64,000 nt of DNA from Patescibacteria group bacterium. Its GTDB lineage: Bacteria; Patescibacteriota; Patescibacteriia; GWA2-46-9. Below are positions 20,792-30,277 of the stretch, one piece after another. Position numbers and translations under genes: made by a program. The notes beneath the pieces were generated by a model. The model did no database searches. It was not told the DNA's origin and was given only the letters and a program-made list of their open reading frames with translations. Where the stretch lies: positions 1,879 through 65,878 of the forward strand of contig JBAZXG010000006.1 of assembly GCA_041660005.1 (NCBI GenBank), read 5' to 3'. Position 1 is the stretch's first letter, and each line of letters opens with the position of its first letter.

Positions 20792-21575
20792 CTTTCTTTC
20801 CTAAAATCTTTTTGATCACTCTTCTCAGTTCCTCTTCGCTATAAAAATGAATGGTAAGCGCGCCTGAGCCTTCGTGATCATTGATTTCTACCTTTGTGGC
20901 AAGCTCGCCCTCAAGGAGTCCTCGGTAGTGGTCGAGTAAATCATCCCCATCGTCTTCATTGGACGATGTGGCGTTACTTTTTTGACGCAATTTACGAACT
21001 GCTTGCTCAGTCTCTCTCACTGAAAAATTTCCCGCTACTAAACGGTCAAAAAAACGAATCTGCTGCGGTTCCGGAAGACCGGCGATAACCTTGGCATGAC
21101 CCTCACTGATACGATTGGTACGTAGCGCCTCCTGTATCTGCTCTGGCAAATCGAGCAAGCGCAGCGCATTGGCAACCGCGGAACGCGTTTTTCCAACTTT
21201 TTCAGCAGCGGCAGCCTGCGTCAGTTTAAATTCTTGCATGAGCCGACGAAACGCTTCTGCTCGCTCAATAGGGTTTAAATCTTTACGTTGAATATTCTCA
21301 ACAATAGCCAACGAGAGACGCTCTTGTTCGTCGGCTTTGCGGACAATGACAAAAACTTTTGAAAGCCCAGCTTGCTTTGCTGCTCTAAAGCGGCGCTCGC
21401 CTGCAATAAGTTGGTAGCGACCATTGGGCTCTTCAGTAACAACAAGTGGCTGCAAAATACCGTGCTCTTTAATGGACTGGGCTAGACCAGTAAGCTCCTC
21501 GGCGTTGAACTCTTGGCGTGGCTGCCACGGGTTGGCATCAATGGACGCAAGCGTAATAGATCGCATTTCAGACAT
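20784..21575 (-). CDS. parB: Chromosome partitioning protein ParB/Spo0J
   Basis: GILQPLVVTE..YQLIAGERRFRAAKQAGL ParB box, HTH; no parA seen adjacent in window. Confidence 0.85.
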   Translation of the reverse strand: MSEMRSITLASIDANPWQPRQEFNAEELTGLAQSIKEHGILQPLVVTEEPNGRYQLIAGERRFRAAKQAGLSKVFVIVRKADEQERLSLAIVENIQRKDLNPIERAEAFRRLMQEFKLTQAAAAEKVGKTRSAVANALRLLDLPEQIQEALRTNRISEGHAKVIAGLPEPQQIRFFDRLVAGNFSVRETEQAVRKLRQKSNATSSNEDDGDDLLDHYRGLLEGELATKVEINDHEGSGALTIHFYSEEELRRVIKKILGKKDE

Positions 21576-21682
21576 ACAGAGAGATTGATAACATTAAGTA
21601 TGATCAGTATATAGAGTTATCGGCCGCTTTGACAACGGCAGCATTCACCAATAGAATAACCGAACCCTGATTGATTGACGAA

Positions 21683-21710
21683 ATGCACACCTGATGCCGC
21701 GGTGGCGGAA
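21683..21710 (+). repeat. Partial 5' copy of tRNA-Leu(CAA) (first 15 nt of the tRNA plus 12 nt of its 5' flank) 51 nt upstream of the intact gene
   Basis: tgcacacctgatGCCGCGGTGGCGGAA vs tgtacacttgatGCCGCGGTGGCGGAA at 21735-21761. Confidence 0.5.
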
Positions 21711-21746
21711 AATAAAATACAAAAAAAGACGAAGTGTACACTTGAT

Positions 21747-21833
21747 GCCGCGGTGGCGGAACTGGTATACGCGCAGGACTCAAAATCCTGTGGGGGCAAC
21801 CTCGTGAGGGTTCGATTCCCTCCCGCGGCACCA
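21747..21833 (+). tRNA. tRNA-Leu (anticodon CAA), type II, CCA encoded
   Basis: Acceptor GCCGCGG/CCGCGGC, anticodon arm CAGGA-CTCAAAA-TCCTG, long variable arm, T-arm GAGGG-TTCGATT-CCCTC. Confidence 0.85.
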
Positions 21834-21878
21834 AGTGTACGTTTCATAAGAAATACGCGTCCCGGCACAAAGCCGGGA

Positions 21879-21921
21879 TGGGGGCAACCTCGTGAGGGTT
21901 CGATTCCCTCCCGCGGCACCA
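21879..21921 (+). repeat. Exact 43-nt direct repeat of the 3' end of tRNA-Leu(CAA) (variable-arm end + T-arm + acceptor + CCA), 45 nt downstream of the gene. att-site-like scar
   Basis: tgggggcaacctcgtgagggttcgattccctcccgcggcacca identical to 21791-21833. Intervening 45 nt contain hairpin cccggcacaaagccggg. AAGTGTAC direct repeats flank the tRNA (21732-21740, 21833-21840). Confidence 0.6.
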
Positions 21922-21922
21922 A

Positions 21923-21958
21923 AAAGTTCCTGACCCAAATTGGGTCAGGAACTTTTTT
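21923..21958 (+). terminator. Rho-independent terminator (perfect 12-bp stem GTTCCTGACCCA/TGGGTCAGGAAC + T6)
   Basis: aaaaGTTCCTGACCCAaatTGGGTCAGGAACtttttt; A-tract upstream means it may act bidirectionally. Confidence 0.7.
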
Positions 21959-22108
21959 ATGTATAGTCAGAGGGAATCGAACGGGCAAGACACTCAAAAT
22001 AAGTTTGGCGAAGTGACCTATGTTGAGCTTATTGAGTCAGTCGGGAAAAGCTTTGCCCTTCGACTCACTTCGTTCGCTCAGGACACTTCGACTCGAGAAG
22101 AGTCGAAG

Positions 22109-22185
22109 TGGTGGGCGCGGATGGACTCGAACCATCGACCTCTTCATTATCAGTGAAGTGCTCTAACCAGCTGAGCTACGCGCCC
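22109..22185 (-). tRNA. tRNA-Ile (anticodon GAT), CCA encoded
   Basis: Reverse complement GGGCGCGTAGCTCAGCTGGTTAGAGCACTTCACTGATAATGAAGAGGTCGATGGTTCGAGTCCATCCGCGCCCACCA. It is not in an rRNA spacer here. Confidence 0.85.
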
Positions 22186-22330
22186 TTATTGTTGAATTTT
22201 ACGTGCGGGCACTATAGCAAGGTGAGTCGGGAGTGTAAAGTATACAATATCTCAAATTCCAGGGAATTTGAATCGAGGTTGTTCGTTTCTAGGATTCCTT
22301 GGTCTTCTATTTTCTGCTAAGATAGTGACC

Positions 22331-23155
22331 ATGAATAAGCTTATTGGTTTTATCGGACAAGGATTTATCGGCAAAGCGTATGCCGATGATTTTGAAGCGC
22401 GCGGTTTTAAAGTTGTGCGCTACAGTCAAGAACCTGAATATATCGCTAATAAAGAAAAAATCGCTGATTGCGACATTGTTTTTATTGCCGTACCAACGCC
22501 AACAACTCGAGAAGGTTTTGATGACCGAATATTAATTTCGGTTATGCCAGTCGTTGGCAAGGGTAAGGTAGCGGTTATTAAATCCACCATTACGCCTGCA
22601 ACTGTAGATAAACTAGAAAAATTGTATCCGGACATTTTTATTATCCATTCTCCAGAATTCTTGCGTGCAGCCACGGCTACTGAGGACGCCAAACACCCTC
22701 ACCGCAATATTGTTGGCGTTACAGAAAAATCAAAACCGTTTGCTGAAGAAGTGTTGAGCGTTTTACCCCAGGCCCCGTACAATAAAATAGTCGATGCCAA
22801 AACGGCCGCACTGATTAAGTATGGTGGCAACGTTTTCCGCTATTTTAAAATTCTTTTTGTGAATTCGCTTTATGAATTGTGCCAAGCCGAAGGAGTTGAT
22901 TACGAAAAAGTTCGTGAGGCATTGGTTGCTGATCCTTTTATCGAAGAATCTTTTACGCAAGCAGTTCACGAAGGAGGGCGGGGGGTTGGTCGACACTGTC
23001 TCATCAAGGACTTTGCGGCTTATAGGGCTCTACTACAAGAAACGTCTCACGATCCAAAACTTATAGACTTTTTACTATCAGCAGAAAACTATAATAAGGA
23101 ACTATTAGAAAATTCAGGAAAAGATATTGATATACTTAAAGGAGTATATTCTTAG
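22331..23155 (+). CDS. Short UDP-glucose/GDP-mannose dehydrogenase-family-like NAD-binding protein (Rossmann GxGxxG)
   Basis: IGFIGQGFIGKAYA ... VFIAVPTP resembles the N-terminal and central parts of nucleotide-sugar dehydrogenases. Only ~275 aa, so possibly a truncated or divergent family member. The track ORF starts upstream (22268) at an alternative codon. Confidence 0.5.
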   Translation: MNKLIGFIGQGFIGKAYADDFEARGFKVVRYSQEPEYIANKEKIADCDIVFIAVPTPTTREGFDDRILISVMPVVGKGKVAVIKSTITPATVDKLEKLYPDIFIIHSPEFLRAATATEDAKHPHRNIVGVTEKSKPFAEEVLSVLPQAPYNKIVDAKTAALIKYGGNVFRYFKILFVNSLYELCQAEGVDYEKVREALVADPFIEESFTQAVHEGGRGVGRHCLIKDFAAYRALLQETSHDPKLIDFLLSAENYNKELLENSGKDIDILKGVYS

Positions 23156-23276
23156 TTTTCACAAATGTCTCATTTAGTTTCTTATTTCGGCAACCTTGAT
23201 TTTTTCGGCGATTTTTAATACTATTGGGTAACGTCCGGCGCCATTCGGCCGCCGGTTTAAAGTCTCTTTAAACTTT

Positions 23277-23351
23277 GCCGAGGTAGCTCAGTGGTAGAGC
23301 AGTGGTCTGAAGAACCACGTGTCGTCAGTTCGATTCTGACCCTCGGCACCA
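23277..23351 (+). tRNA. tRNA-Phe (anticodon GAA), CCA encoded
   Basis: GCCGAGGTAGCTCAGTGGTAGAGCAGTGGTCTGAAGAACCACGTGTCGTCAGTTCGATTCTGACCCTCGGCACCA. Confidence 0.85.
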
Positions 23352-23353
23352 AG

Positions 23354-23690
23354 CCTTTCGAGACAACCACTTGGTTTTCTCGAATAACTCTTTCCTTCCA
23401 GAGAGGACGCAACTATTTTTCTCCGCTTCCACAACTAGCCAAGCAAGATTGTGGTTCTCGAAAAAAAGTTGCTCGAAGTTTGTTCTTTTGAGCCAACCTT
23501 CCGGCGACCAAGGGAGGTCCCTGTGGGATTTTCCTTAATATTCCTTTCCCTCAGCATGAGGTCGTTCAAAAATTATTTTGTGCGTCAGCGAACAAAGTTC
23601 TACGGCCGACGTACTCATAATTTTTTCACTCGCGAATGTTCCCTCTTTGCCGAGAAGTCGTTCTGTATCGCCCATGAAGTAGTTTGCCTT
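23354..23690 (+). repeat. Copy 2 of the modular tRNA-flanking repeat family (modules C'-B-A-E/D'), filling the whole tRNA-Phe / tRNA-Pro spacer
   Basis: Long identities to 37380-37805 (reverse complement), e.g. aaccttccggcgaccaagggaggtccctgtgggattttccttaatattcctttccctcagcatgaggtcgttcaaaaattatt. It ends with agtttgcctt, an inverted copy of the aaggcaaacct start motif, which is TIR-like. Confidence 0.6.
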
Positions 23691-23692
23691 AT

Positions 23693-23769
23693 CGGGCTGT
23701 AGCGCAGTTGGCTAGCGCGTCTGCTTTGGGAGCAGAAGGTCGCGAGTTCGAGTCTCGCCAGCCCGACCA
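23693..23769 (+). tRNA. tRNA-Pro (anticodon TGG), CCA encoded
   Basis: CGGGCTGTAGCGCAGTTGGCTAGCGCGTCTGCTTTGGGAGCAGAAGGTCGCGAGTTCGAGTCTCGCCAGCCCGACCA; G37 is consistent with a TrmD substrate. Confidence 0.85.
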
Positions 23770-23792
23770 TTGATTGTCAGGACAAACAACTT

Positions 23793-24212
23793 ATGGACTA
23801 CACAATAATTCTCACGGCTATAACTGCGGTAATAAGTGCTGCTCTTTCTTCTTGGCTGACTTACACATTTGCTGTCAAGAAAATAAAGAGCGAATCTGCG
23901 TTGAGGTTTAAAGAAGAGAAATACGCAAATCTTCTATCGTTAATGCAGGGATTTATAGGTCAGACTACTTCAGGTGAAACAAAAAAGAAGTTTTTTGAAG
24001 AACAGTATAAATCTTGGCTTTACTCATCTGATGAGGTAGTTCTAGCAGTTAATGACCTTGTTAAATTACTTATTGCAGAAAGAGGAAAAGCCCCTGATCC
24101 CGAAAAAGGTAGAGAAGTTGTGGGAAGCATTGTTTTACAAATGAGAAAAGATCTTTATGGAAAAACAAAGTTAAAATACAACGACTTTAGTTACACAGAT
24201 GTTCTGAATTAG
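23793..24212 (+). CDS. Hypothetical protein with N-terminal TM helix
   Basis: ORF track 139 aa, no recognisable motif; located in the tRNA-rich accessory patch. Confidence 0.35.
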   Translation: MDYTIILTAITAVISAALSSWLTYTFAVKKIKSESALRFKEEKYANLLSLMQGFIGQTTSGETKKKFFEEQYKSWLYSSDEVVLAVNDLVKLLIAERGKAPDPEKGREVVGSIVLQMRKDLYGKTKLKYNDFSYTDVLN

Positions 24213-24220
24213 AAAGTAAC

Positions 24221-24406
24221 TTACCTAAAAATACCTTTCAAAAAATTTACATCCGAATCCTTCCCGATCAAGTACACCCTCAAATCCTTAATCGCCATGT
24301 CTATTGTTTTATCCCCAACTTCCAATAACCTTTTGGCACTTGGTTCGAGTTGTGGTTTGAAAGCCCGACCATTCGACTCGCTTTCGATAAACTCAGGCTC
24401 GCTCAT
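24221..24406 (-). CDS. Small hypothetical ORF (61 aa)
   Basis: ORF only; could be non-coding. Confidence 0.2.
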   Translation of the reverse strand: MSEPEFIESESNGRAFKPQLEPSAKRLLEVGDKTIDMAIKDLRVYLIGKDSDVNFLKGIFR

Positions 24407-24420
24407 GGTAAACTATCCAT

Positions 24421-24684
24421 ATGGAATCTATTGAGCAACAGATTCAACAAATTCAGGAACGCAATAAAAGGGTTGAAGTGGACAAGGCCTGGGAAACGAG
24501 TTTAGCTCGAAAAATAATTGTCGCAATTCTTACCTATTTTATAATTGTTCTATTTTTTACTTTTGTTGATCTTCCTAAACCGTTTGTTAATGCCACTATT
24601 CCAACTTTGGCATTTATCCTTTCAACATTTTCGTTGCCACTATTTAAAAAAATGTGGTTGAAATATTTTTATAAACAGGATTAA
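24421..24684 (+). CDS. Small hypothetical membrane protein (87 aa, two hydrophobic helices)
   Basis: ORF track; N-terminal coiled-coil-like QQIQQIQERNKRVE then TM helices. Confidence 0.3.
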   Translation: MESIEQQIQQIQERNKRVEVDKAWETSLARKIIVAILTYFIIVLFFTFVDLPKPFVNATIPTLAFILSTFSLPLFKKMWLKYFYKQD

Positions 24685-24763
24685 ATATTATATGTAAACA
24701 ATTCTCTCACTCTGGTGTCTCGTGTTATAACCATCACCTCTCCACAAGGAGAGTTTTTTGTTT

Positions 24764-25615
24764 CTACCAACCAATGATATGAATAACTTCAAGTAAGCCC
24801 CATGCGGCAATACCGATAAAAGCGACTGAACCGAACAGTGCAATAACCGGGTTCTTGACGGCTTGGATCGTCCGGCTTGGCGAAAGGTAAAGAAAAATAT
24901 TTAAAATCATGTGCCCGACAAAAACACCAATAGCAAACCCAAAAACATTCACGACATTAAAAAGTGTTACATAACCTGCAAAGTCGTCTAACCCAAGAAT
25001 AAAAGGCACAGAAAACGCCAGTGAAAAAACAGCGGCGAATGTTCCTCGCCCCACACTTTTCATTTTTAGATCAGGCAAAATATATTGCACTATTGGCAAA
25101 AAGAGACGATTGATTGGTCGCAAGAACCGTTCAATGGCTCTAGCTATGATAACTACCCAGGAAGAAGCAAGTGGTGCGTCCCGCTTCGTAGCGTGTTCAA
25201 GACTGTCTTCGGCGAGACGTAACAGCACAAAGGAAGCAATAGTGACCATGAGCGCCAACAGCCAACGAACCTCTTTAAAGAATGCCCAAACAACAAGAAT
25301 TGCCATGGTTCCAACACCATTGCCAAGCGCTGTGCCGATTTCGATAGCAACGCGATTCTTCCACCCGTGGTGTTTCGCCATGAGATTTCCTATGTAGATG
25401 GCAAAATCAACTGACGTTTTGAGATATATTGTTAAACCAATAGCGACGTCCCACCAACGAATCTCTAAATGTACCGGGGTTAACGTGAACTGGTTGACCA
25501 AAGTAATTTCAACCCATAAAAGACTAACAAGAACGCCACAAACAAAAACTGTCAATGACAGCGGTATGACTTGTGCTTGTAAAACGGTTTCTTGCGAAGT
25601 CGGAGAATCTGACAT
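24764..25615 (-). CDS. Polytopic integral membrane protein (7-9 TM), family not assigned
   Basis: 283 aa, hydrophobic throughout; ends 260 nt before the 16S 3' end. Confidence 0.55.
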   Translation of the reverse strand: MSDSPTSQETVLQAQVIPLSLTVFVCGVLVSLLWVEITLVNQFTLTPVHLEIRWWDVAIGLTIYLKTSVDFAIYIGNLMAKHHGWKNRVAIEIGTALGNGVGTMAILVVWAFFKEVRWLLALMVTIASFVLLRLAEDSLEHATKRDAPLASSWVVIIARAIERFLRPINRLFLPIVQYILPDLKMKSVGRGTFAAVFSLAFSVPFILGLDDFAGYVTLFNVVNVFGFAIGVFVGHMILNIFLYLSPSRTIQAVKNPVIALFGSVAFIGIAAWGLLEVIHIIGW

Positions 25616-25707
25616 GACTAAAGTCTACATAAAAAACAACAAAAAGAGAACTTAGCAACGATCTTGCGCTGCAAACTTGCTCAAGCACCACATTTTTTTA
25701 CATACAA

Positions 25708-25737
25708 CAAACCCTTCGACATAAGTCGAAGGGTTTG
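25708..25737 (-). terminator. Hairpin (13-bp stem CAAACCCTTCGAC/GTCGAAGGGTTTG) downstream of the 16S rRNA; likely rRNA transcript terminator
   Basis: On the minus strand the hairpin is followed by ttgttgtatgtaaaaaaa (weak T tract). Confidence 0.45.
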
Positions 25738-25878
25738 TGATTCACAATTGCAAAGTGGTAAGAAATTCTCCGTGTCTATTTCGTATGTTTTGTGCCACCC
25801 CTTGCGGGGACTCCGATATATACCGGAGGTCGACTGGCTGTGTACCAACGTGAGATCGGTACACGTAAATCTCCTTAG

Positions 25879-27465
<1,587 letters not shown>

Positions 27466-27559
27466 TTAATCCTCTTTGCTCCGAAGAACAAAGAGGGGTG
27501 GTTGCGATATAGACACACCGTCTATACCAACAACCGAAAAGAAATTTAACGGAGGTTTC

Positions 27560-27592
27560 TTACCACTTTGCAATTGTTAATGTTCGAACTTC
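27560..27592 (-). promoter_or_regulatory. 16S leader half of the leader/trailer processing stem (pairs with 25750-25781 downstream of the 16S)
   Basis: The leader sequence caattgcaaagtggtaagaaacctccg is the near-exact reverse complement of the trailer cggagaatttcttaccactttgcaattg. This is the classic RNase III-type pre-16S stem. Confidence 0.6.
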
Positions 27593-27789
27593 CGTCAGAG
27601 CAGTTGCTAGCCCTACTTCGTTTTTGAAAACGAAGCTACTCAAGGACTTTTTACGCTACCGCTGTTGTCGGAAGAAAAAAGAGAGAAACCTAGGTTTCGC
27701 CCTTTTTCCTTCCCCCGAACTATGCTCGGAGACACGCGCTAAAGTTGCTTAAAAGGTATGGTCGGTAAGTTGTTAACTAATGAATGAGC

Positions 27790-27826
27790 TACATAATAAT
27801 AAAACCCCTTAGCGGGGTTGTCAAGG
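27790..27826 (-). promoter_or_regulatory. Candidate rRNA promoter TTGACA-N17-TATTAT on the minus strand, ~330 nt upstream of the 16S
   Basis: Minus-strand sequence cccTTGACAaccccgctaaggggtttTATTATgtagc. Confidence 0.35.
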
Positions 27827-28347
27827 GTCATTTTTGCCGAGTCCGAGGAGGGAGACAAGCTACGACTTCTGTCGCACTTGCTCCCTCCAGGGCTCGGTTT
27901 TGCCTCTAAGAAGAGGGCTGCGGCTTTTCCCTTGCCCGACGGGCTGCGAGCGATCGCTCGCTCATCCATCCAAGAAGAAAGGGTAAGCCATTTGCCACAT
28001 AGAGTGCGGCGTTCAACAACAACTGGTCGTGAGCCATGACTGAAAACCTCCTCCGGTTGATTGCAAAGTATATTACAGAGAATTATTAAAAGAGTCAATA
28101 GTTGTGGCGAGGCCGAAGGAAAACGCGCGTGCGCTTCCTCCGGCCTCAAAAAACGCTACCCGTAAATCCGGTGGTAGATGATGTCTACGTCCCGGAAGTA
28201 ATTCCTCAGCGCCCGCCATCGAGCGCGAATCTTTGCCGAGTAGATACGGACAACATATGCAATCGCGATTGCGCTCATGACGGACACCTCCATCGTATTC
28301 CCGGCCGTTGCCAGGTATTATTATCCTAGAGACAGCAGTTCCCCTGG

Positions 28348-29049
28348 TCAAGCACCCTTTTTGCGTTTATTTTTTCTCCACTTATCAATGTTGCTATGGT
28401 CGCCGCTCAACAATACCTTCGGTACACGATATTTTTTGCCTTTCCAAATGAGTACTTCAGGACGGGTATAATGTGGGTATTCCAATTGGCAATTTTCTTC
28501 TGTCTCTTCCTTAACCAAAGCGTCCCCGTGTGATTCTTCGGCAAGCGATTCCTCGCGAATAACTCCAGGAACTAAACGCGCCACCGCAGAAACGAGTACC
28601 ATGGCGGCAACATCCCCATCGGTGGTAATGTACGGCCCAATAGAAACTTCTTCGGCTTTTAAAATTTTTGTTACCCGCTCATCGATACCTTCATAGCGCC
28701 CGCTTATAAAAATGAGTTCGTCATAATTCTTTGCATAGCGATAAGCTAACGTTTGTGAAAATGGCTTTCCCTTTGCAGAGAGAACGACTACCTTTCGCCT
28801 CAATTTTCGCTTCCCATCTTTGTGAACGATCATAGCGACGGTTTTTAAAATGGGTTCCGCCATCATCACCATGCCAGCGCCGCCGCCATAGGGTCGGTCG
28901 TCGGTGGTGTGATGCCGATCAACGGTATAATCACGAATGTTATGAATACAAACTTCTACTAAACTACTCTGCCGAGCACGCTTCAAAATAGACTCATTAA
29001 AGTATGAATCAAAAATGTGTGGGAAGAGAGTTACGATATCAATGCGCAT
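28348..29049 (-). CDS. trmD: tRNA (guanine37-N1)-methyltransferase TrmD
   Basis: 233 aa; SPOUT-fold TrmD motifs (IDIVTLFP, RPYGGGAGMV, SGRYEGIDER). Confidence 0.9.
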   Translation of the reverse strand: MRIDIVTLFPHIFDSYFNESILKRARQSSLVEVCIHNIRDYTVDRHHTTDDRPYGGGAGMVMMAEPILKTVAMIVHKDGKRKLRRKVVVLSAKGKPFSQTLAYRYAKNYDELIFISGRYEGIDERVTKILKAEEVSIGPYITTDGDVAAMVLVSAVARLVPGVIREESLAEESHGDALVKEETEENCQLEYPHYTRPEVLIWKGKKYRVPKVLLSGDHSNIDKWRKNKRKKGA

Positions 29050-29125
29050 GACAAAATGCTAACAGGAAAAGATGTCCTTGCACAGAGTCCACTTCAAAAA
29101 TAATTTTTGAGCTGGTCTCTCGTTA

Positions 29126-29160
29126 CAGCAAAACAGGCGACCCAAAGGCCGCCTGTTTTG
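29126..29160. terminator. Bidirectional-looking hairpin (AAACAGGCG.../...CGCCTGTTT + T run) between KH gene and trmD; possible attenuator inside the rpsP-KH-trmD cluster
   Basis: aaaacaggcgacccaaaggccgcctgttttg. Confidence 0.35.
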
Positions 29161-29175
29161 TAATTGAGACAATCC

Positions 29176-29553
29176 TTAAATTCTCAGGTCGTCGACTGCA
29201 CTGGTATCGACATCTTCCAGCTCATTCCTTACTGGGGCTGGAGCCGATGCCGGACGTCGTGGCGCGATGCCACTTGCCTCACGCTGCTCTTGACGGGCTC
29301 GACGAATTTCTTCCGGTTCGTAAATCTTAAGATTTACCCGGGCATTATTCTTGGCACCAACAATGCGAAGCAAAGTTCTGAGCGAGCGAGCAGTTTGCCC
29401 GCTGCGTCCAATGATGTAGCCCATGTCTTCTTTATCAACATGCAGCGTAATCAAAACGCCCATCTCGTCGACGGTTCGCTCGGTCCTTACCGCTTCCGGC
29501 TTATTGACCAATGCCTTTACCATGTACTCGACAAATTCTTGATCTTTTTCCAT
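29176..29553 (-). CDS. KH-domain RNA-binding protein (YlqC/UPF0109-like) with Ala/Pro/Arg-rich acidic C-terminal tail
   Basis: 125 aa; VLITLHVDKEDMGYIIGRSGQTARSLRTLL has a KH GxxG loop. Typical position between rpsP and trmD. Confidence 0.7.
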   Translation of the reverse strand: MEKDQEFVEYMVKALVNKPEAVRTERTVDEMGVLITLHVDKEDMGYIIGRSGQTARSLRTLLRIVGAKNNARVNLKIYEPEEIRRARQEQREASGIAPRRPASAPAPVRNELEDVDTSAVDDLRI

Positions 29554-29734
29554 TATTTTCGTTTACTAATCTATACTGTTGTAACTTCCAGTACTGTCGA
29601 CCTATTTTTTATGATCTGGCCAAAAGCCGATCCATCCAGTCTGGTGCATCGAAAGTAGCATCAAATACGCTAACCGTCAACGACAAAGCCCCGGACAACC
29701 CGGGGCTTTGGTTTTTATCGCAGTATAATGAATC

Positions 29735-30181
29735 CTAAACAGTGGCCTCTTTAACCTCTTCTGCTGGTGATTCTTTGGTTTCAGCAGCTGCTACTTCAGC
29801 CGCCGCAGCGTCATCTTTTGCCTTCTTTGCCGCTTGCTCTTTCGCTTCAAGCGCTGCTTCTGTTTCTTTCTGCTTGGCTGCGACTGCAATTACTGCCGCT
29901 TGTTTCTTCCGACTAATTTTAACGATACGGCTCTTTTCACCTTGAATGATTTTTTGATCAATAAGAATGTTCCGAACCGTGTCTGATGTTGTCGCCCCCT
30001 GACCGAGCCAGTACTTGATACGATCCTCTTTCAAAACAAAGGTACGAGGATTCGTTCGAGGATTAAAGTGGCCTAAAATTTCTATATGCTTTCCCCACGG
30101 ATCGCGCCCTTTTTCCTGGGCGACAAACCGGTACGTTGGCTGTTTTCTTTTTCCAATGCGTGTCAATCGAATAGTTACCAT
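29735..30181 (-). CDS. rpsP: 30S ribosomal protein S16 with Lys/Ala/Glu-rich C-terminal extension
   Basis: MVTIRLTRIGKRKQPTYRFVAQEKGRDPWGKHIEILGHFNPRT. Confidence 0.9.
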   Translation of the reverse strand: MVTIRLTRIGKRKQPTYRFVAQEKGRDPWGKHIEILGHFNPRTNPRTFVLKEDRIKYWLGQGATTSDTVRNILIDQKIIQGEKSRIVKISRKKQAAVIAVAAKQKETEAALEAKEQAAKKAKDDAAAAEVAAAETKESPAEEVKEATV

Positions 30182-30277
30182 AAAAACATTAAGTTACAAG
30201 TTCCCGCACTATAAAGGAAAAACGAAACTTCGTCAACTAGCTAGGGATGCTCCTCAACGGTTATGCTACCCTTTGTG

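Noticed and set aside
21879-21921. A second tRNA gene downstream of tRNA-Leu(CAA)
   Set aside because: Only the 3' 43 nt (T-arm/acceptor) are present with no 5' half or anticodon arm. It is a partial duplicate, not a gene.
21604-22320. Track ORFs overlapping the tRNA-Leu(CAA)/tRNA-Ile region (21604-21834, 21617-21997, 21675-22016, 21959-22156, 22108-22320)
   Set aside because: They are made of tRNA genes, tRNA fragment copies and a terminator hairpin. No coding signal.
27739-28471. ORFs 27739-28149, 27818-28039, 28073-28351, 28102-28329, 28277-28471 upstream of the 16S
   Set aside because: They overlap each other in the rRNA leader/promoter region, are GC-skewed and low-complexity, and have no motifs. 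Treated as non-coding leader. A structured ncRNA cannot be excluded, but I could not match RNase P, tmRNA, SRP or 6S hallmarks.
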